64,000 nucleotides of DNA from Antedon mediterranea (lineage: Eukaryota > Animalia > Echinodermata): the NCBI RefSeq assembly GCF_964355755.1, contig NC_092673.1, positions 20,209,648 to 20,273,647 on the forward strand. Direction: 5' to 3'. Positions within the stretch are counted from its first letter, which is position 1. Each line of letters begins with the position of its first letter. Position numbers and translations under genes: made by a program. The notes under the pieces are model-generated. The model saw only the letters and a program-made list of their open reading frames with translations, was not told the origin of the DNA and made no database searches. Of the stretch, positions 25,101 to 37,499 are shown in pieces.

Positions 25101-28100
25101 GCACAAAATCTGAGAAAGAAAGAAGAATAATAAAAAAAAAAAAAAGTAATACTACAATAACAAATGCTTATCCGCTTGAGGCGGATAACCAAAAAAAAAA
25201 GTAACACTACAATAACAAAGGTTATCCGCTTGAGGCGGATAACCAATAAATAAATAAATAAATAAATAAAGATTTTGACAGAATCAAGAGGTTATATGCA
25301 TATCATGCATATAACCTAACTAGAATAGTATGACTACATCCCTGTCGCTTTACACGTTGTCTACTACTTAGATGTATAACGTAACGTGATTATAAACGTA
25401 ACGTGATTATACCATGGATGAAGTACGTCCTCTATACCCAATACACGAGCGGTATTTTTATATATAATTCTTACAATATTATGGTATTGTTTATGTTGAA
25501 CTTCTGTTGTCATGGTTACCGCATGTTTTAGTTGTTAATATGTATGGTCATGTTTATGAAAAATATTGACTATTAGTATTAATATTTGTAAAATGCATAT
25601 ATAACAATGGTTAGGCTTAATAATTTATTTAATTAAAGATGTATTGTCCCCCTGTACAAATAATTTAAAAAAAATATTTTTGTTGAATAGGCCATTTTAA
25701 TGATACATAAAGTTATTCACTTTGAAATAAAATTTGATCGAAAAAAAAATTTATTTATCTGAGAAAATCGTAAGGTAAAGTAATAAATAGTCAACCGGAA
25801 GTCGGTTGGCTGGCAGCCAGCTGGCTTCCGGTTTAATTTAACCCTTGACCTGAATTAGCTTATGAATTATACATATTGTATGATTCTTGTGCGTGTGTGT
25901 GACCTCTAGGTCATCACAAAAAAATACGACGTGATATGGCGAGACAACGTTGTGGGAAAGTTCTGTATTTTAACAACAAAAAAACAACTCCTATCTTGAA
26001 AAAAATACTATGGCTAGGCCGTAGCAGATTGGTAAGTAAGAACTGTAGTTTCTATAGTGCAGTTTTGTTAGTTAGTATAGGAAGCCTAGTTAGCCCAGTA
26101 CAGCTGTACTGGCTAAGTGTACTATCCCCTATCTATTCTATTGGCTAGGCCTAGAGTAGGCCTAGGCCTAGTAGTAGCTAGTCTGTTTGTAGTACTAGTT
26201 GTACTTGTAGGCCTGAGTGAGTAGTAGGCCTAGCTAATACTGATAGATCTAACTTGTAGGCCTTATTAATAGTTATTATCTGTGAGCATGGAGTAAAGAA
26301 TAAGGTTTTAGTAGTGTGAATTTTGACACCACCACCTCGTCTTATTTTTAGTATAATACTATAATAATAGTCCTTCATCATTATTCATATCACTTTTCAT
26401 TCATTTTAAAACATTTAATTTTCTTTTCTATGTAGAGTTTGTGATTTAAAAAAATTATACATGACTTACGAGCAGCGATACCCAAAAAGCTAAAACTTGT
26501 GAATGGCTGCCAAAAATAAAAAAATAAGGTCACCACCAGGGCCAGGAGAGATTATTGTCTTGGTTTTTCCTTCATGATTAATTACATTTTAATGCTAATA
26601 TAAATTTGTGAAAATTGTAACTAGGCCTATACTGTACATCCAATAATGTAATTTTTTTTTTCTTTTACAGAAAATGACCAAATAATCTAAGTTAAATATT
26701 TTTTGGAATGTGTACTTTACAGTACTTAGTACTGTTATTTTGAAAATTCTTCTTTTTATGTAGATATTTTAATAGAAAATCTTTTAATAGGTATTAACAC
26801 ACTAATTGAATGAACAATATGAGCAAGTAGTGGAAAATGGTGAACAAATCAACACAAAATGTGGTAGCAACATTCACAATATTTATTTGAACGTTTCTTA
26901 CTATGACACTTTAAAATTGATGAACAATCACAGAAGACAAGCTATTGCTGTAATGCCACAATCAACACATCAATTAATAGTTAATAAATTGTCAACAATA
27001 ATGCAGAAATTCATTGAAATATACTGTACTAGTAATTAACTCATTTTTTTTACTGTACTGTACTGTAAATCTTCACACATTAAAATTATGGAGATTTTAT
27101 CTCATGTACTGTAGTAGTATTTTTATTTATTTAATGCTATGTTTGCAAAACAATTTCAAATGTTATTGCTCTAATTATGAAAACTATACAACATTTTAAA
27201 AGCTGGAAAACAACCAACACATTTGCCGAATGCTTTATGATAGTCATCCAATATTTATCTTGTGTTCTACTACCGAGTCTACCGCCAGTTGCCTTTATGC
27301 AGTATTGATGTACCCTCTGTTCCAGTCTTCATTAGCTTAAGTCTATAAATTTAAAAACAATGATGTATAAATACAAAAGTCAAATAGAAAAGTTAAATAT
27401 TTCACAATTTATTGCATACATATAATTATTATTTCTGTACATGAATCTGAAGTTTTCAATTTGGGGTACTACTAATGTACATTAAGGAATTCATGAAAAG
27501 TGCATCTCCTCCCTCAAAAAGGCCTAGTCTAATTACTAGTGTTTTGGTTGCTATCAACAACAATCTATTCTACCGTCAACTTCTTTGGTACTGTATCCTG
27601 ATCATTTTCCAAATGTTTGTTTTTTGTCATAAGTTACTCTTTTTTTAGACTTTAAAATTAATTCGAGCTCCAAATGTAATATCAATGGTACAGTAACATA
27701 GTAGGCCTATTTCCTGTAGCTAGTTGTGGAGTGATGGTCTAGCTAGGTGAGTACGATATATAGGACCTAGCTAGGCCTCAAATTGGGTTCCCGTCTACTT
27801 TTCTTACCCGATATCTGCCTGCCTACAGCTGCTACACTACACAGTAGTAAACTACTAACTAGGCCCTAGATATAGTAGGCTTATATTATAGCCCTAGCCT
27901 AGATAGCCAAGCCTATAACTATACGGCAAAAACGTCTAGTTTGCGATATATAACTATTATAGGAGGATGTGTCATTCATCTAAAATAAAATTCTACTTAC
28001 GTTACCAGCAAATAAACGGCAGAGCTTTTTACATCATACGATCAGGGAAACCCCAGCACTTTCTTCTGTTCGTCCATGGATTAAAAAATAGAAGGATATG

Positions 28101-29959
28101 CATCGACATGAGATCAAGGGTTCCTTGACTCTCGCCGACAGACCGCGAACCGCCCACAATGTTACAATAGGTGTGGTGAATTTTGTCCAAGATGGGGAAA
28201 TTTCTGTCCAGAATGGGGAAATATTTTGTCCAGAATAAGGACAAAAGCGATAGGTGGCGCTATAATCGTGTCCAAGATGGGGAAGCTGTCCAATATAGAG
28301 AAATCCGATTTGTCCAAAATGGGGAAATTTCTGTCCAAGATGGGGAAGTGGTGGCGCTATATCGTGTCCAAAATGGGGAAATTTCTGTCCAGGATGGGGA
28401 AGTGGTGGCGCTATATCGTGTCCAAAATGGAGAAATTTCTGTCCAGGATGGGGAAATGCTGTGTCAAAAATAGGGAAGCTGTCCAATATAGAGAAATCCG
28501 ATTTGTCCAGAATGGGGAAATTTCTGTCCAGAATGGGGAAGTGCTGTGTGTCCAAGATGGGGAAGCTGTCCAATATAGAGAAAGACGATTTGTCCGAAAT
28601 GGAGAAATTTCTGTCCAGAATGGGGAAGTGCTGTGTCCAAAATAGGGAAGCTCCACAATATAGAGAAGGCAAAACATTAAAACAACATAAGAAACTTTTT
28701 TTTGTTTTAAAACTTTAATTAAGTTCACACTTCTAATCTGAAAACACAACAAAATGTACTATGTTACACTTTACAAGTACATTTGAAGTGGAAAGGTGTT
28801 CTATTAATTAAATAATTAACACCGTTATCAGCTAATTTTAAGTATAATAAACATAGTGAGGGATGTGGTTCCAATTTACTTCTGAAGTAAATTTTCACTG
28901 AATCTATACATTTATCTGACGTTAAAAACTACAGTATATTATATTAAATTCCCAGGATAAAAACCACAAAAAAAATTAGTACCGGCACCGCCATTATTAT
29001 ACCACATCAGTAAGAGTACAGAATATTTATTAATATATTTAATACATGTTGTCACTTCTTTTTCTTCTTTCTATCCTTTTTATTTTTTCTTTATTTGTTT
29101 TTGTTTTTGTTTTTTTTTTCGACCACAGGCCGCGGGTATTAATCTATCGTCACATGCAGTAATTCCACATGGAATTTCGACCACATGATGGAATCCTTGA
29201 GTTATTATAGTAACTCAATGGTTTGAAATCAAACGTACACGCCGAATCATTAATTTCCAGCTATAAACAAAGTGATATCATTGACAAATCGTGCAATATT
29301 TGGCCTAATTTTAACTAATTAACTAATTCTCACTTTACAATAGTATACGAGTGTAACATTTGTAACATAGTATTAATTAGTGCTTTAAATGCGTTATTTC
29401 CTACTCCAAATAGGCATAGTTTAGGGCTAATAATTATGTTGATATTAAAATATGATTAACAGCCAGTGCTTCGCATTTTCTGTAAGGTTTATGCTCAATT
29501 AGATTTGTTTTGGGGGTTAAATTTCTCTCAAAATCTTTGTGTCTATACAAATGTTATTAGTGAGCAACTATTCTGTCAATGTGTATTCCTTTAAATTCAC
29601 CAGGGAGTGAATTGCTGTGCTGATTTATTATGGCTACTGATGTTCTTCCCATTTTCTTGAAAACTTCCCATTCTGCCGATCATCTCTAATTCCATCAAGA
29701 AAAATGTCCATAGTATTAAGCAATTCACTCGTCGAATCTGCAGCATTTTTACTATTAATATTTATTATTGATGAGGAACCAATTTTATTCTTATGCAATA
29801 ATTGAAGTGTTTCTCCGTAAACATTACCTAAAGGTACAAGAAACACATGATCCTCGGCCTAAGGTAACTTTCCTAAGTATACAATAGTGTTTATGTAGTT
29901 GTAGAGCGAATGTATGTCCTTAACCATCTGTTGATCTTGCTTGTGGGTCTCTCTCTTCT

Positions 29960-30520
29960 TGCTTCGGTTCGTAACCGCTCTTGTTGATCATATATTTTCT
30001 ATGAGTACATCTTTCGCACATGGCATGTGTTATGCATTCCTTATGATAAGGCTTGTGGCATGTAAAGCAGTTGATGACTTGTGGAGTGATGGGTGGGTTG
30101 CAGCAGTTTGTCAGAGGTATTGCGGACATCCTTGATGCAGGGGCATTGTGGCAGTTATCAATTTCTAAATATCCACGCAAAATCTCCCTTCTCAAATGCT
30201 TCAACAAGCTTTCGCCTAACAACCCTCTCGTCTTCTTCAAATCGTAGTGTTGATGGATCTTTTCCTGCACATAGTGCAGCAGCAAATGCAAATGCTATAC
30301 AAAAATGGCCACAAGTGTTACTTGCATAAGGTTGTTGCTGTACACCATGTACGTGAAAATTCATGGGTTCCGCTGGGTTCCATCAACTTGCATGCCACCT
30401 GAGTCAATTCTAACGGGTAATTTCTTGGATTCAATGTCTGTAAACTATCGTACACATCGACGTTACTATTGGTAAGTTGTTGGTACCAATGCTTGTCTGA
30501 TATTGTAATCCAGTTCGAAC
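29960..30520 (-). pseudogene. Ulp1/C48-like cysteine protease remnant followed by PHD-finger remnant
   Basis: NWITIS (~30500), VDVYDSL (~30445-30465) and VQQQPYASNTCGHFCIAFA (30158-30364 ORF), followed by CCNPP..INCFTCHKPYHKECI..CERC (29920-30291 ORF). Confidence 0.65.
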
Positions 30521-30849
30521 ATATTGTGTAGTCTTGACAAAATTGTGCATTTGCTGTTGATAGATGGTGTCTTGTAATCCACGTGTTTCTGGATAGTTTC
30601 TCTTTAGAATTATGTTGGCGGCATTTATAATCCTATTATCTACCTCATTATGTCTCTCTTCTACAACCTTTTTATGGTGTAATCATAGTTGGTATTCCTT
30701 CAGCCACCAGTCTGGGTTCATCAGTCGTTTGTGCTACAACACTTGACTTAAGCGTTGAAATAATCAGTCTTCCAAGACTATCTTTGGTTGTTTTAAGACC
30801 GAACGACTTTTTATTGTACTTAATGTGGTTTCCATTTAATTTATTATTT

Positions 30850-32030
30850 CGACGGTGTACTAAGGATTTTACCATAAATAAATGATTCGCTATTGACATT
30901 TCATTTTAAAAATTCTTGAACTTATTTAATTAGGAATACAATTGTTCTGCAACTTGTGTATTTGTTTTAGACTTCGATTGTGGTACAAAATTAATTTTAA
31001 AAAAAAATTCAGTTTCACTATTTGTGTTAGCCTCATGAAATCGGTCGAAAAGCACGTACGTGCTGCTTTGTCCAGCTAGTTACAGGATGCCCGGTTTGCG
31101 ACGTCACACGAAGCCCATTAAAAGTATTAACTTCTCAGTTAACTAATCAGCTTCTCTTCCTTCGAACGGAAAGAACATTGGCTCTGTTTGACCATCATAA
31201 TTCAAATTGTTACCAAATTTTGCAACAACGTGTGTCATGTGCACAATTATTATATTTGGCTTATGTTTCATTGACATGATTATGTCTGTGTAATCTCGAG
31301 GCGATTCTGCTCGTAGGACAAACTTAATTCCGTAGACTACTTCATGGGGACAATGTGATGTTAATATTCCCCCGGAACACCCCCAGATTTTCTTCATTAT
31401 TTTATTGAAAATTATGGAATTATTATGGTTCTTGGCTAAAGCCTCCTTTATACTACAAATAACGTCCCACTTACTTCCTTTTGATGCAAGATTGATAGTT
31501 TTAGCTATTTTTTTACTTCTTTAACAGTAGATTGGTGGAGCATTTCAAAAAGTCTCTCCTCACTCATATGTCTGCAGTCAGCAGTCAAGTTACCATCTTC
31601 TGAAACTTTCCTGAATCCTGTGTTGTAAATTAAATTGTCTTTCCTTGTATGCTCACCGATAAACGGAGACCATTCGTTCAGACCAGCCGTTATTGGAAAA
31701 TGATTTACGAGGCCTCTAGATAGTATATGCAAACTAACTCGTTCATAAAATTCTATGAAATCTACTTTTTCTTTACATTCATGAGGCTTGCCAAGTTCAG
31801 AAAAAGCTGTCCTAAAATGAACCTTTCTGTTCACATCCATGATCATTATTGTGGGATGCATATCTTCATTGATATTTGATTGAGCTTCAAATGCTAAATA
31901 AGCATTCAACACCAATGTTTGATCAATTTCTATGCCCGATGTTTCGCATATCTGCTTAACAATGCTACCAGTAGCTATGTGATGATCCACGCCTGACCTA
32001 AGCCATAGACAAACATCAAAATCCAATACA
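30850..32030 (-). pseudogene. Degenerate HMGXB3-like/KDZ transposase (stops and frameshifts, 5' part missing)
   Basis: Ordered motifs CLWLRSGVDHHIATG, LNAYLAFEA, HPTIMIMDVNRK, WSPFIG, WGCSGG..CPHEVVYGIKFVLRAESPRDYTD, HPVT, LFDRFHEANT (~31030-31060) and NTQVAEQL (~30940-30963) match the HMGXB3-type KDZ core as recalled. Confidence 0.75.
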
Positions 32031-33171
32031 AAATGAATCATTATAGTTATAAATACCAAGTTCATAATCTTTGTAATGGTAAGTCATTGAACATTTTGGG
32101 CACATATTTGACAGTTTCTCTTTTATACAATTCGGAAAAATCGAATTTATTAGGCCTTGGATACTGTAGTTTCTCTAATTTGGACACAGCACTTCTCTAT
32201 TCTGGAGAAATTTGTCAAAATTATATTTTTCTGCTAAAAATTTCTCTATTTTAGACAACATTTCCCCACTTTGGACAAATCGGATTTCTATATATTGGAC
32301 AGTTTCTCTATTTTGGACACAGCCCTTCTCTCGGGGCAAAATTTCCCCATTTTGGACAAATCGGATTTCTCTATATTGGACAGCTCTATTTTGGACACAG
32401 CACTTCCCCATCCTGGACAGAAATTTCCCCATTTTGGACAAATCGGATTTATCTATATTGGACAGCTTCCTTATTTTGGACACAGCAATTCCCCATCCTA
32501 GACAGAAATTTCCCCATTTTGGACAAATCGGATTTCTCTATATTGGACAGCTTCTATTTCAGACACAGCATTTCCCCATTCTGGACAGAAATTTCTACAT
32601 TTTGGACAAATCGGATTTCTCTATATTGGACAGCCTCTCTATTTTTGACACAGCATTTCCCCATCCTGGACAGAAATTTCCCCATTTTGGACACGATATA
32701 GCGCCACCACTTCCCCATCTTGGACAGAAATTTCTCCATTTTGGACACGATATAGCGCCACCACTTCCCCATCTTGGACAGAAATTTCCCCATTTTGGAC
32801 ACGATATAGCGCCACCACTTCCCCATCTTGGACAGAAATTTCCCCATTTTGGACAAATCGGATTTTTCTATATTGGACAGCTTCCCCATCTTGGACACGA
32901 TTATAGCGCCACCTATCGCTATTGTTCTTATTCTGGACAAAATATTTCCCCATTCTGGACAGAAATTTCCCCATCTTGGACAAAATTCACCAACCCGTCT
33001 CCAATGTTACAGTTTAATTAACCGCATGGTAACATCGAAACGATCGCGTGCCTAATATATTGTTTACTGTACATGTGCAACGACATTTAACCTTGTTGGC
33101 TACGCTTCTTTCGCGCGTTCTTTGGTGGCATGACGTTTTTAGCGTAATAATACATATTTGAACAGTATAAT

Positions 33172-33368
33172 CAGTGGCGTAACGGCTATGTGCGCTCACT
33201 GGCTAAACCCAGGGGTCCTGAAGCTTGGGGCCCATGAGCAGTGCCCAGAGGAACAGGCATAAAATATGTCGAAAATGCTAAAAACGTCCGAGGCCTCGAT
33301 CTTTGAAACTTGGAGGGCCACTTAGGTTTCCTAAACAAGTGGCTTCAAGCCTCTGCCTCACGCCACTG
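33172..33368. mobile_element. hAT-type MITE, 197 bp, 8-bp TSD AGTATAAT
   Basis: AGTATAAT|CAGTGGCGT ... ACGCCACTG|AGTATAAT. Confidence 0.85.
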
Positions 33369-36300
33369 AGTATAATGTTTATTGACAACAGTTATTAAAT
33401 TACATTGTATGTTATTGTGAAGACCCTAGTGTAGGTCTACTTCATCAATATACCAGATAAAAACAATACTATATTGTTATTGGCTTAGAATTGTAGATGC
33501 TATAATTGTAATTAGTATAGGTTTCTGCCGCGATTGATCTATGCTAATGTTTTTATGACATTAAAGTAGCATTTTATAAGACAATAACTAGTTGTTGTCT
33601 CAGCGCGCCTACATGTAAAATTACAAAATCAGCAAGGATACTAGGCCTTCTAGGCTTACTAGTAAACCATATGATTTGCCGACATTGATACTGCCTAGGT
33701 AGGCCTAGGCTAATCTTAAGTGTAGTAGATACAATGCGTAATCATGATCTATATACTCACCGTTGTCTTACTTCTTGTGTGAATAATAATAGGTACTTCG
33801 TTTGTTCGTGATTAAGTTTGCCCTGCGTGTACTTTTCAAAACGACCGCTAGGTAACGTATCGCAACTATACATAGCCAGCCAATCCCGGATCTGGGATCG
33901 CTGTTTTCATTCAATTAGGCCCGGTGATTGGATGTGATGTGGATGACATAACCACTAGTCAATCACCAGGCACTACAATTTAAATATAATCACATCGATA
34001 ATTAAGGGGATTTATGAAGAAACCACTGCTTAGCCATATATTAAAAACACGATTGTTGTATGTGTGAACACCGGCCACGCTAACAACATACATGGTCAAA
34101 TGCATAATTTAATATTCTATAGATTAACGCAATTTTAATGACAGAAGATGGCAGGCAAATGAGAATAATTCAAATATAAAAATTGCATATTTTATTAATA
34201 TTACCAACTACTTAAAATTACCAGTCGTAAGAAAGTGAACTTTTCGTAGTCCGATTGTGATGAAACTAAAACAGAGTTGTTCAGCAATATATTTTTGTTG
34301 TCAATTAATCATCGACGCAGACATGTCAATAGAACATTCAGACTGCGCATACGATTCTACATGGTTACGTTTTGGTCTAAAAAAATGTAACAGTTGATTC
34401 GCAGCGTTCTACACAGAGAGGGCCGCGGTTAGAGACACGGAGTTCAATGAGCGTGTTTGTTTAATTGGCAAGCAGTGCTTTAGTATAGGCAAGCGCGTTA
34501 TAAAATCATTTGATGTCACCGTCGATGCATACCCTTCTATTCTTTTGATATACAGAAAAGTTTTAAAGTACATTACTTTTTGAAAGTTCATTTTTTTCTG
34601 AGAGCACGCGACTTATGGCTGTTGGCCTTGTTCATCAATGTTTAGCTTAAGTTTAGGGTAATTGTTCCTAGGGGGTAATTGTCCGGGGGGTAGTTGTCCA
34701 GGGGGTAGTTGTCCTAAGGGGGTTTTTGTCCTAAGGGGGTAGTTGTCCGGGGGGGGGGTATTTGTCCGGGGGTAGTTGTCCTAAAGGGGTAGTTGTCCTA
34801 AGGGGGTAGTTGTCCAGGTGGTGGTTGTCCGGTCCGGGGGGTAGTTTTCCGGGGGGTAAATGTCCAGGAGGTGAATATCCGGATACGTAGCAGTACATCT
34901 CTATAAAATGTGGATAATTTTGTAAGCAGAGGAGATTTTTTAGAACAATTACAAGAGAATATGTTTTTCTCACAAATGGCCTCAAACTCTGTGGTTAAAA
35001 AAACTTTCCATTTTGCATCCCCATCATCCAGGTACCGTTTTATCCAACACAATTTAAATATAATCACATCGATAATTAAGGAAATTTATGAAGAAACCAC
35101 TGCTTAGCCATATATTAAAAACACGATTGTTGTATGTGTGAACACCGGCCACGCTAACAACATACATGGTCAAATGCATAATTTAATATTCTATAGATTA
35201 ACGCAATTTTAATGACAGAAGATGGCAGGCAAATGATAATAATTCAAATATAAAAATTGCATATTTTATTAATATTACCAACTACTTAAAATTACCAGTC
35301 GTAAGAAAGTGAACTTTTCGTAGTCCGATTGTGATGAAACTAAAACAGAGTTGTTCAGCAATATATTTTTGTTGTCAATTAATCATCGACGCAGACATGT
35401 CAATAGAACATTCAGACTGCGCATACGATTCTACATGGTTACGTTTTGGTCTAAAAAAATGTAACAGTTGATTCGCAGCGTTCTACACAGAGAGGGCCGC
35501 GATTAGAGACACGGAGTTCAATGAGCGTGTTTGTTTGATTGGCAAGCAGTGCTTTAGTATAGGCAAGCGCGTTATAAAATCATTTGATGTCACCGTCGAT
35601 GCATACCCTTCTATTCTTTAATCCATGGTTCGTCGCACATACTTGTTTATGTGGTGAAGATAACAGATCGGATCTCCTCTGTTTGGATGCTCATTAACAT
35701 ATCATGCACATTTATGAGTTGTTAGCTAACCATCGTTATTTAGGAATTTCTGAGCTTATGAGTTCGAAAAAATGGTAAACTTATTTTGATTTTTTATAAG
35801 CGAAATCAATATTTTTTTCTGATTTTTTTTCGGCGAAAGTGAATAACTTTATTATAACTACAAAACAGTCTATTCAAAATTTGATTTTTCTCATCTTTAT
35901 TTTTCATGTTTTGGGGGACAATACAACTTTAAAGTATAAGCATGGGTGTTAGATAATTATTATCCAGCACGTTTGTTTTTAGTCATATTATAATAAAGTT
36001 GAAATAATGCTGTAACTGAGTTTAGTGATTATTTAACAGTCGGAGAGCCGCGTTGGGAAATATGACCGTTATCGCTGAATTTTCGACTTCGCATGACGTC
36101 ATAAATTTTAGAAGCCCTCTCTCGGCACAGAAGCGTCAACGTTTCGCGCGAAAACATTAGCATAAAGTATACGTCATTTTATAGCTGTTTAATAAACATT
36201 AATAGGCGTAAAATTAACCATATATGGTAAGATCAGTTCCTTAAATGTTTAAGATGTCACAGGTCACCTAATTTTCTGAATAATTTGTTGGATTTGTTGT

Positions 36301-37263
36301 CAGTGACAGTTTCTTTCCAAAGTTCGTGTGCAGCCGTCAAAACTGAAGTTTTCTAACAGTTGTTTGTTTACAAATTTCCCATTAGTGGGATTTGCATCCC
36401 ATACAGTGAATTAAAATTGGCTTGAAACCCTATTTAAGCTTCGATTACAGACTGTGCTTGTTATTAGCTGAAGGGTCAGATCCCTTCCTGGAATTGACAT
36501 TCGTTATATTTTAGTTACCTAGGAGTACGTTATGTTGTAATTAATAAATAAAAATAATTCTGCTCTTTAGTGCTACTTTAAATCGTTGGGAAGAATTAAT
36601 GATGCCTGTCTATTTAGCTTAAAATCAAGAAATGTCGTTGTGTCGCGACAGTTTGTTTTAAATAAGTTAATCTTGTACATTAAAACTAGTATTCAGTTGT
36701 GATTGATTCTTGCTATACAGCTGCAAATTATACAACAACTTGTAGTGCTGGTTTATCTATTCTAAACTTATATAAACCACAATGTATTCTTGCTAGTAAC
36801 AATATTCATAAACATAAAGTTATAAAAAGTACAAGAACATTATTATCGATATTTTTTCGTAACAAATAAATCGATCTGGTAAGGCTTACAAGCAAACTGG
36901 AAGTTTGATAGAGCAAGCATTCATTGTTCTACTTTAGGCCTACACACCTTGAGAAAAATAATGAAATCGTGAATAACAAACAGTGATACAGAAACTGGTG
37001 GTGCTTGTTTTCTATTTTTAAGTTTTAAATAGCACAGTGTATTATTGCTCCAATATGAATAATATAAGGAAGTACAAAGTACAATAACAGGCCTCTCATT
37101 GTTACCGATCTTTTTATCTAATAAACAAATCTTTCTAGTACCGGTAAATCGGAAGTGTGGTAATTGTAAAAGAAAAAATGAAACAAATTTATGCTCCAAA
37201 TATTATTTGTTTTACAGCTTTATATAAGGCAGCTTTAAAAGTTCAACAATATTTACTGATTAA

Positions 37264-37470
37264 TTTTTAGTCGCGTGGACGCGACTCAATAGTTCACTAT
37301 GTCGGTCGGTCGGTCTGTCGGTCTGTCTGTCGGTCCGGTATCACTATGCGTTTTATCGCTTTTCTGTACTTTTTGAACTGTTTTGATATACAGAAAAGTT
37401 TTAAAGTACATTACTTTTTGAAAGTTCATTTTTTTCTGAGAGCACGCGACTTATGGCTGTTGGCCTTGTT
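37264..37470 (+). mobile_element. Short DINE-1/HINE-like element (third Helentron-associated family)
   Basis: TTTTTAGTCGCGTGGACGCGACT (subTIR plus inverted copy), a (GTCG/GTCT)n microsatellite, 3' subTIR ACGCGACT, then a GGC-tgttg-GCC hairpin and TTGTT. Confidence 0.75.
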
Positions 37471-37499
37471 CATCAATGTTTAGCTTATGGAGTAACAAA

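Larger units (their letters stand above)
1686..25319 (-). mobile_element. Nested array of non-autonomous Helentron-associated (DINE-1/HINE-like) elements, families A (~1.41 kb) and B (~1.56-1.62 kb)
   Basis: Family A bodies start (ACTAGATTTAATTCGTCACTATGACGAATT) at 1686, 3073, 4485, 5898, 8386, 9893, 12998, 14412, 15829, 18870 and 20283. Family B bodies (ACTAGA..AACTCGTCACTTGAGGACGAGTT) start at 11439, 17247, 22112 and 23676, plus a partial at 7441-8385. On the minus strand each has a 5' subTIR with adjacent inverted copy, a T-rich microsatellite, a 3' subTIR, a 3' hairpin, a CTAGT end and TT context. Confidence 0.85.
28167..33001 (-). mobile_element. KDZ (HMGXB3-related) DNA transposon with long tandem-repeat TIRs and flanking duplication CAATGTTACA
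   Basis: Inverted arms at ~28175-28665 and ~32175-32992 are built of GTCCA(A/G)(G/A)ATGGGGAA units. Direct repeat CAATGTTACA at 28157-28166 and 33002-33011. Internal transposase, protease and PHD remnants. Confidence 0.8.
28075..35627. mobile_element. P-element-like non-autonomous TIR element, ~33-bp TIR, 7-bp TSD GTTCGTC
   Basis: GTTCGTC|CATGGATTAAAAAATAGAAGGATATGCATCGAC at 28068-28107 and GTCGATGCATACCCTTCTATTCTTTAATCCATG|GTTCGTC at 35595-35634. CA..TG termini with a 7-bp TSD fit the P superfamily. No transposase seen. Confidence 0.7.
25637..35928. mobile_element. Kolobok-like DNA transposon remnant (TTAA TSD) hosting nested insertions
   Basis: TTAA|AGATGTATTGTCCCCC at 25633-25652 and GGGGGACAATACAACT|TTAA at 35913-35932. 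The right end is duplicated at 39863-39882. The same termini occur on the short element at 46068-46413. Confidence 0.65.

Noticed and set aside
25318-25360. Further Helitron 3' end (ACTAG after the last head)
   Set aside because: There is no convincing hairpin or subTIR next to it.
26010-27920. Clusters of TAGGCCTA/CTAG palindromes as regulatory sites
   Set aside because: They are irregularly spaced low-complexity motifs also scattered at 33.6-33.7 and 56.3-56.5 kb, with no evidence of function.
28029-33055. Overlapping repetitive ORFs in several frames at 28.0-28.75 kb and 32.2-33.05 kb
   Set aside because: They are translation artefacts of the stop-poor tandem repeats in the TIR arms.
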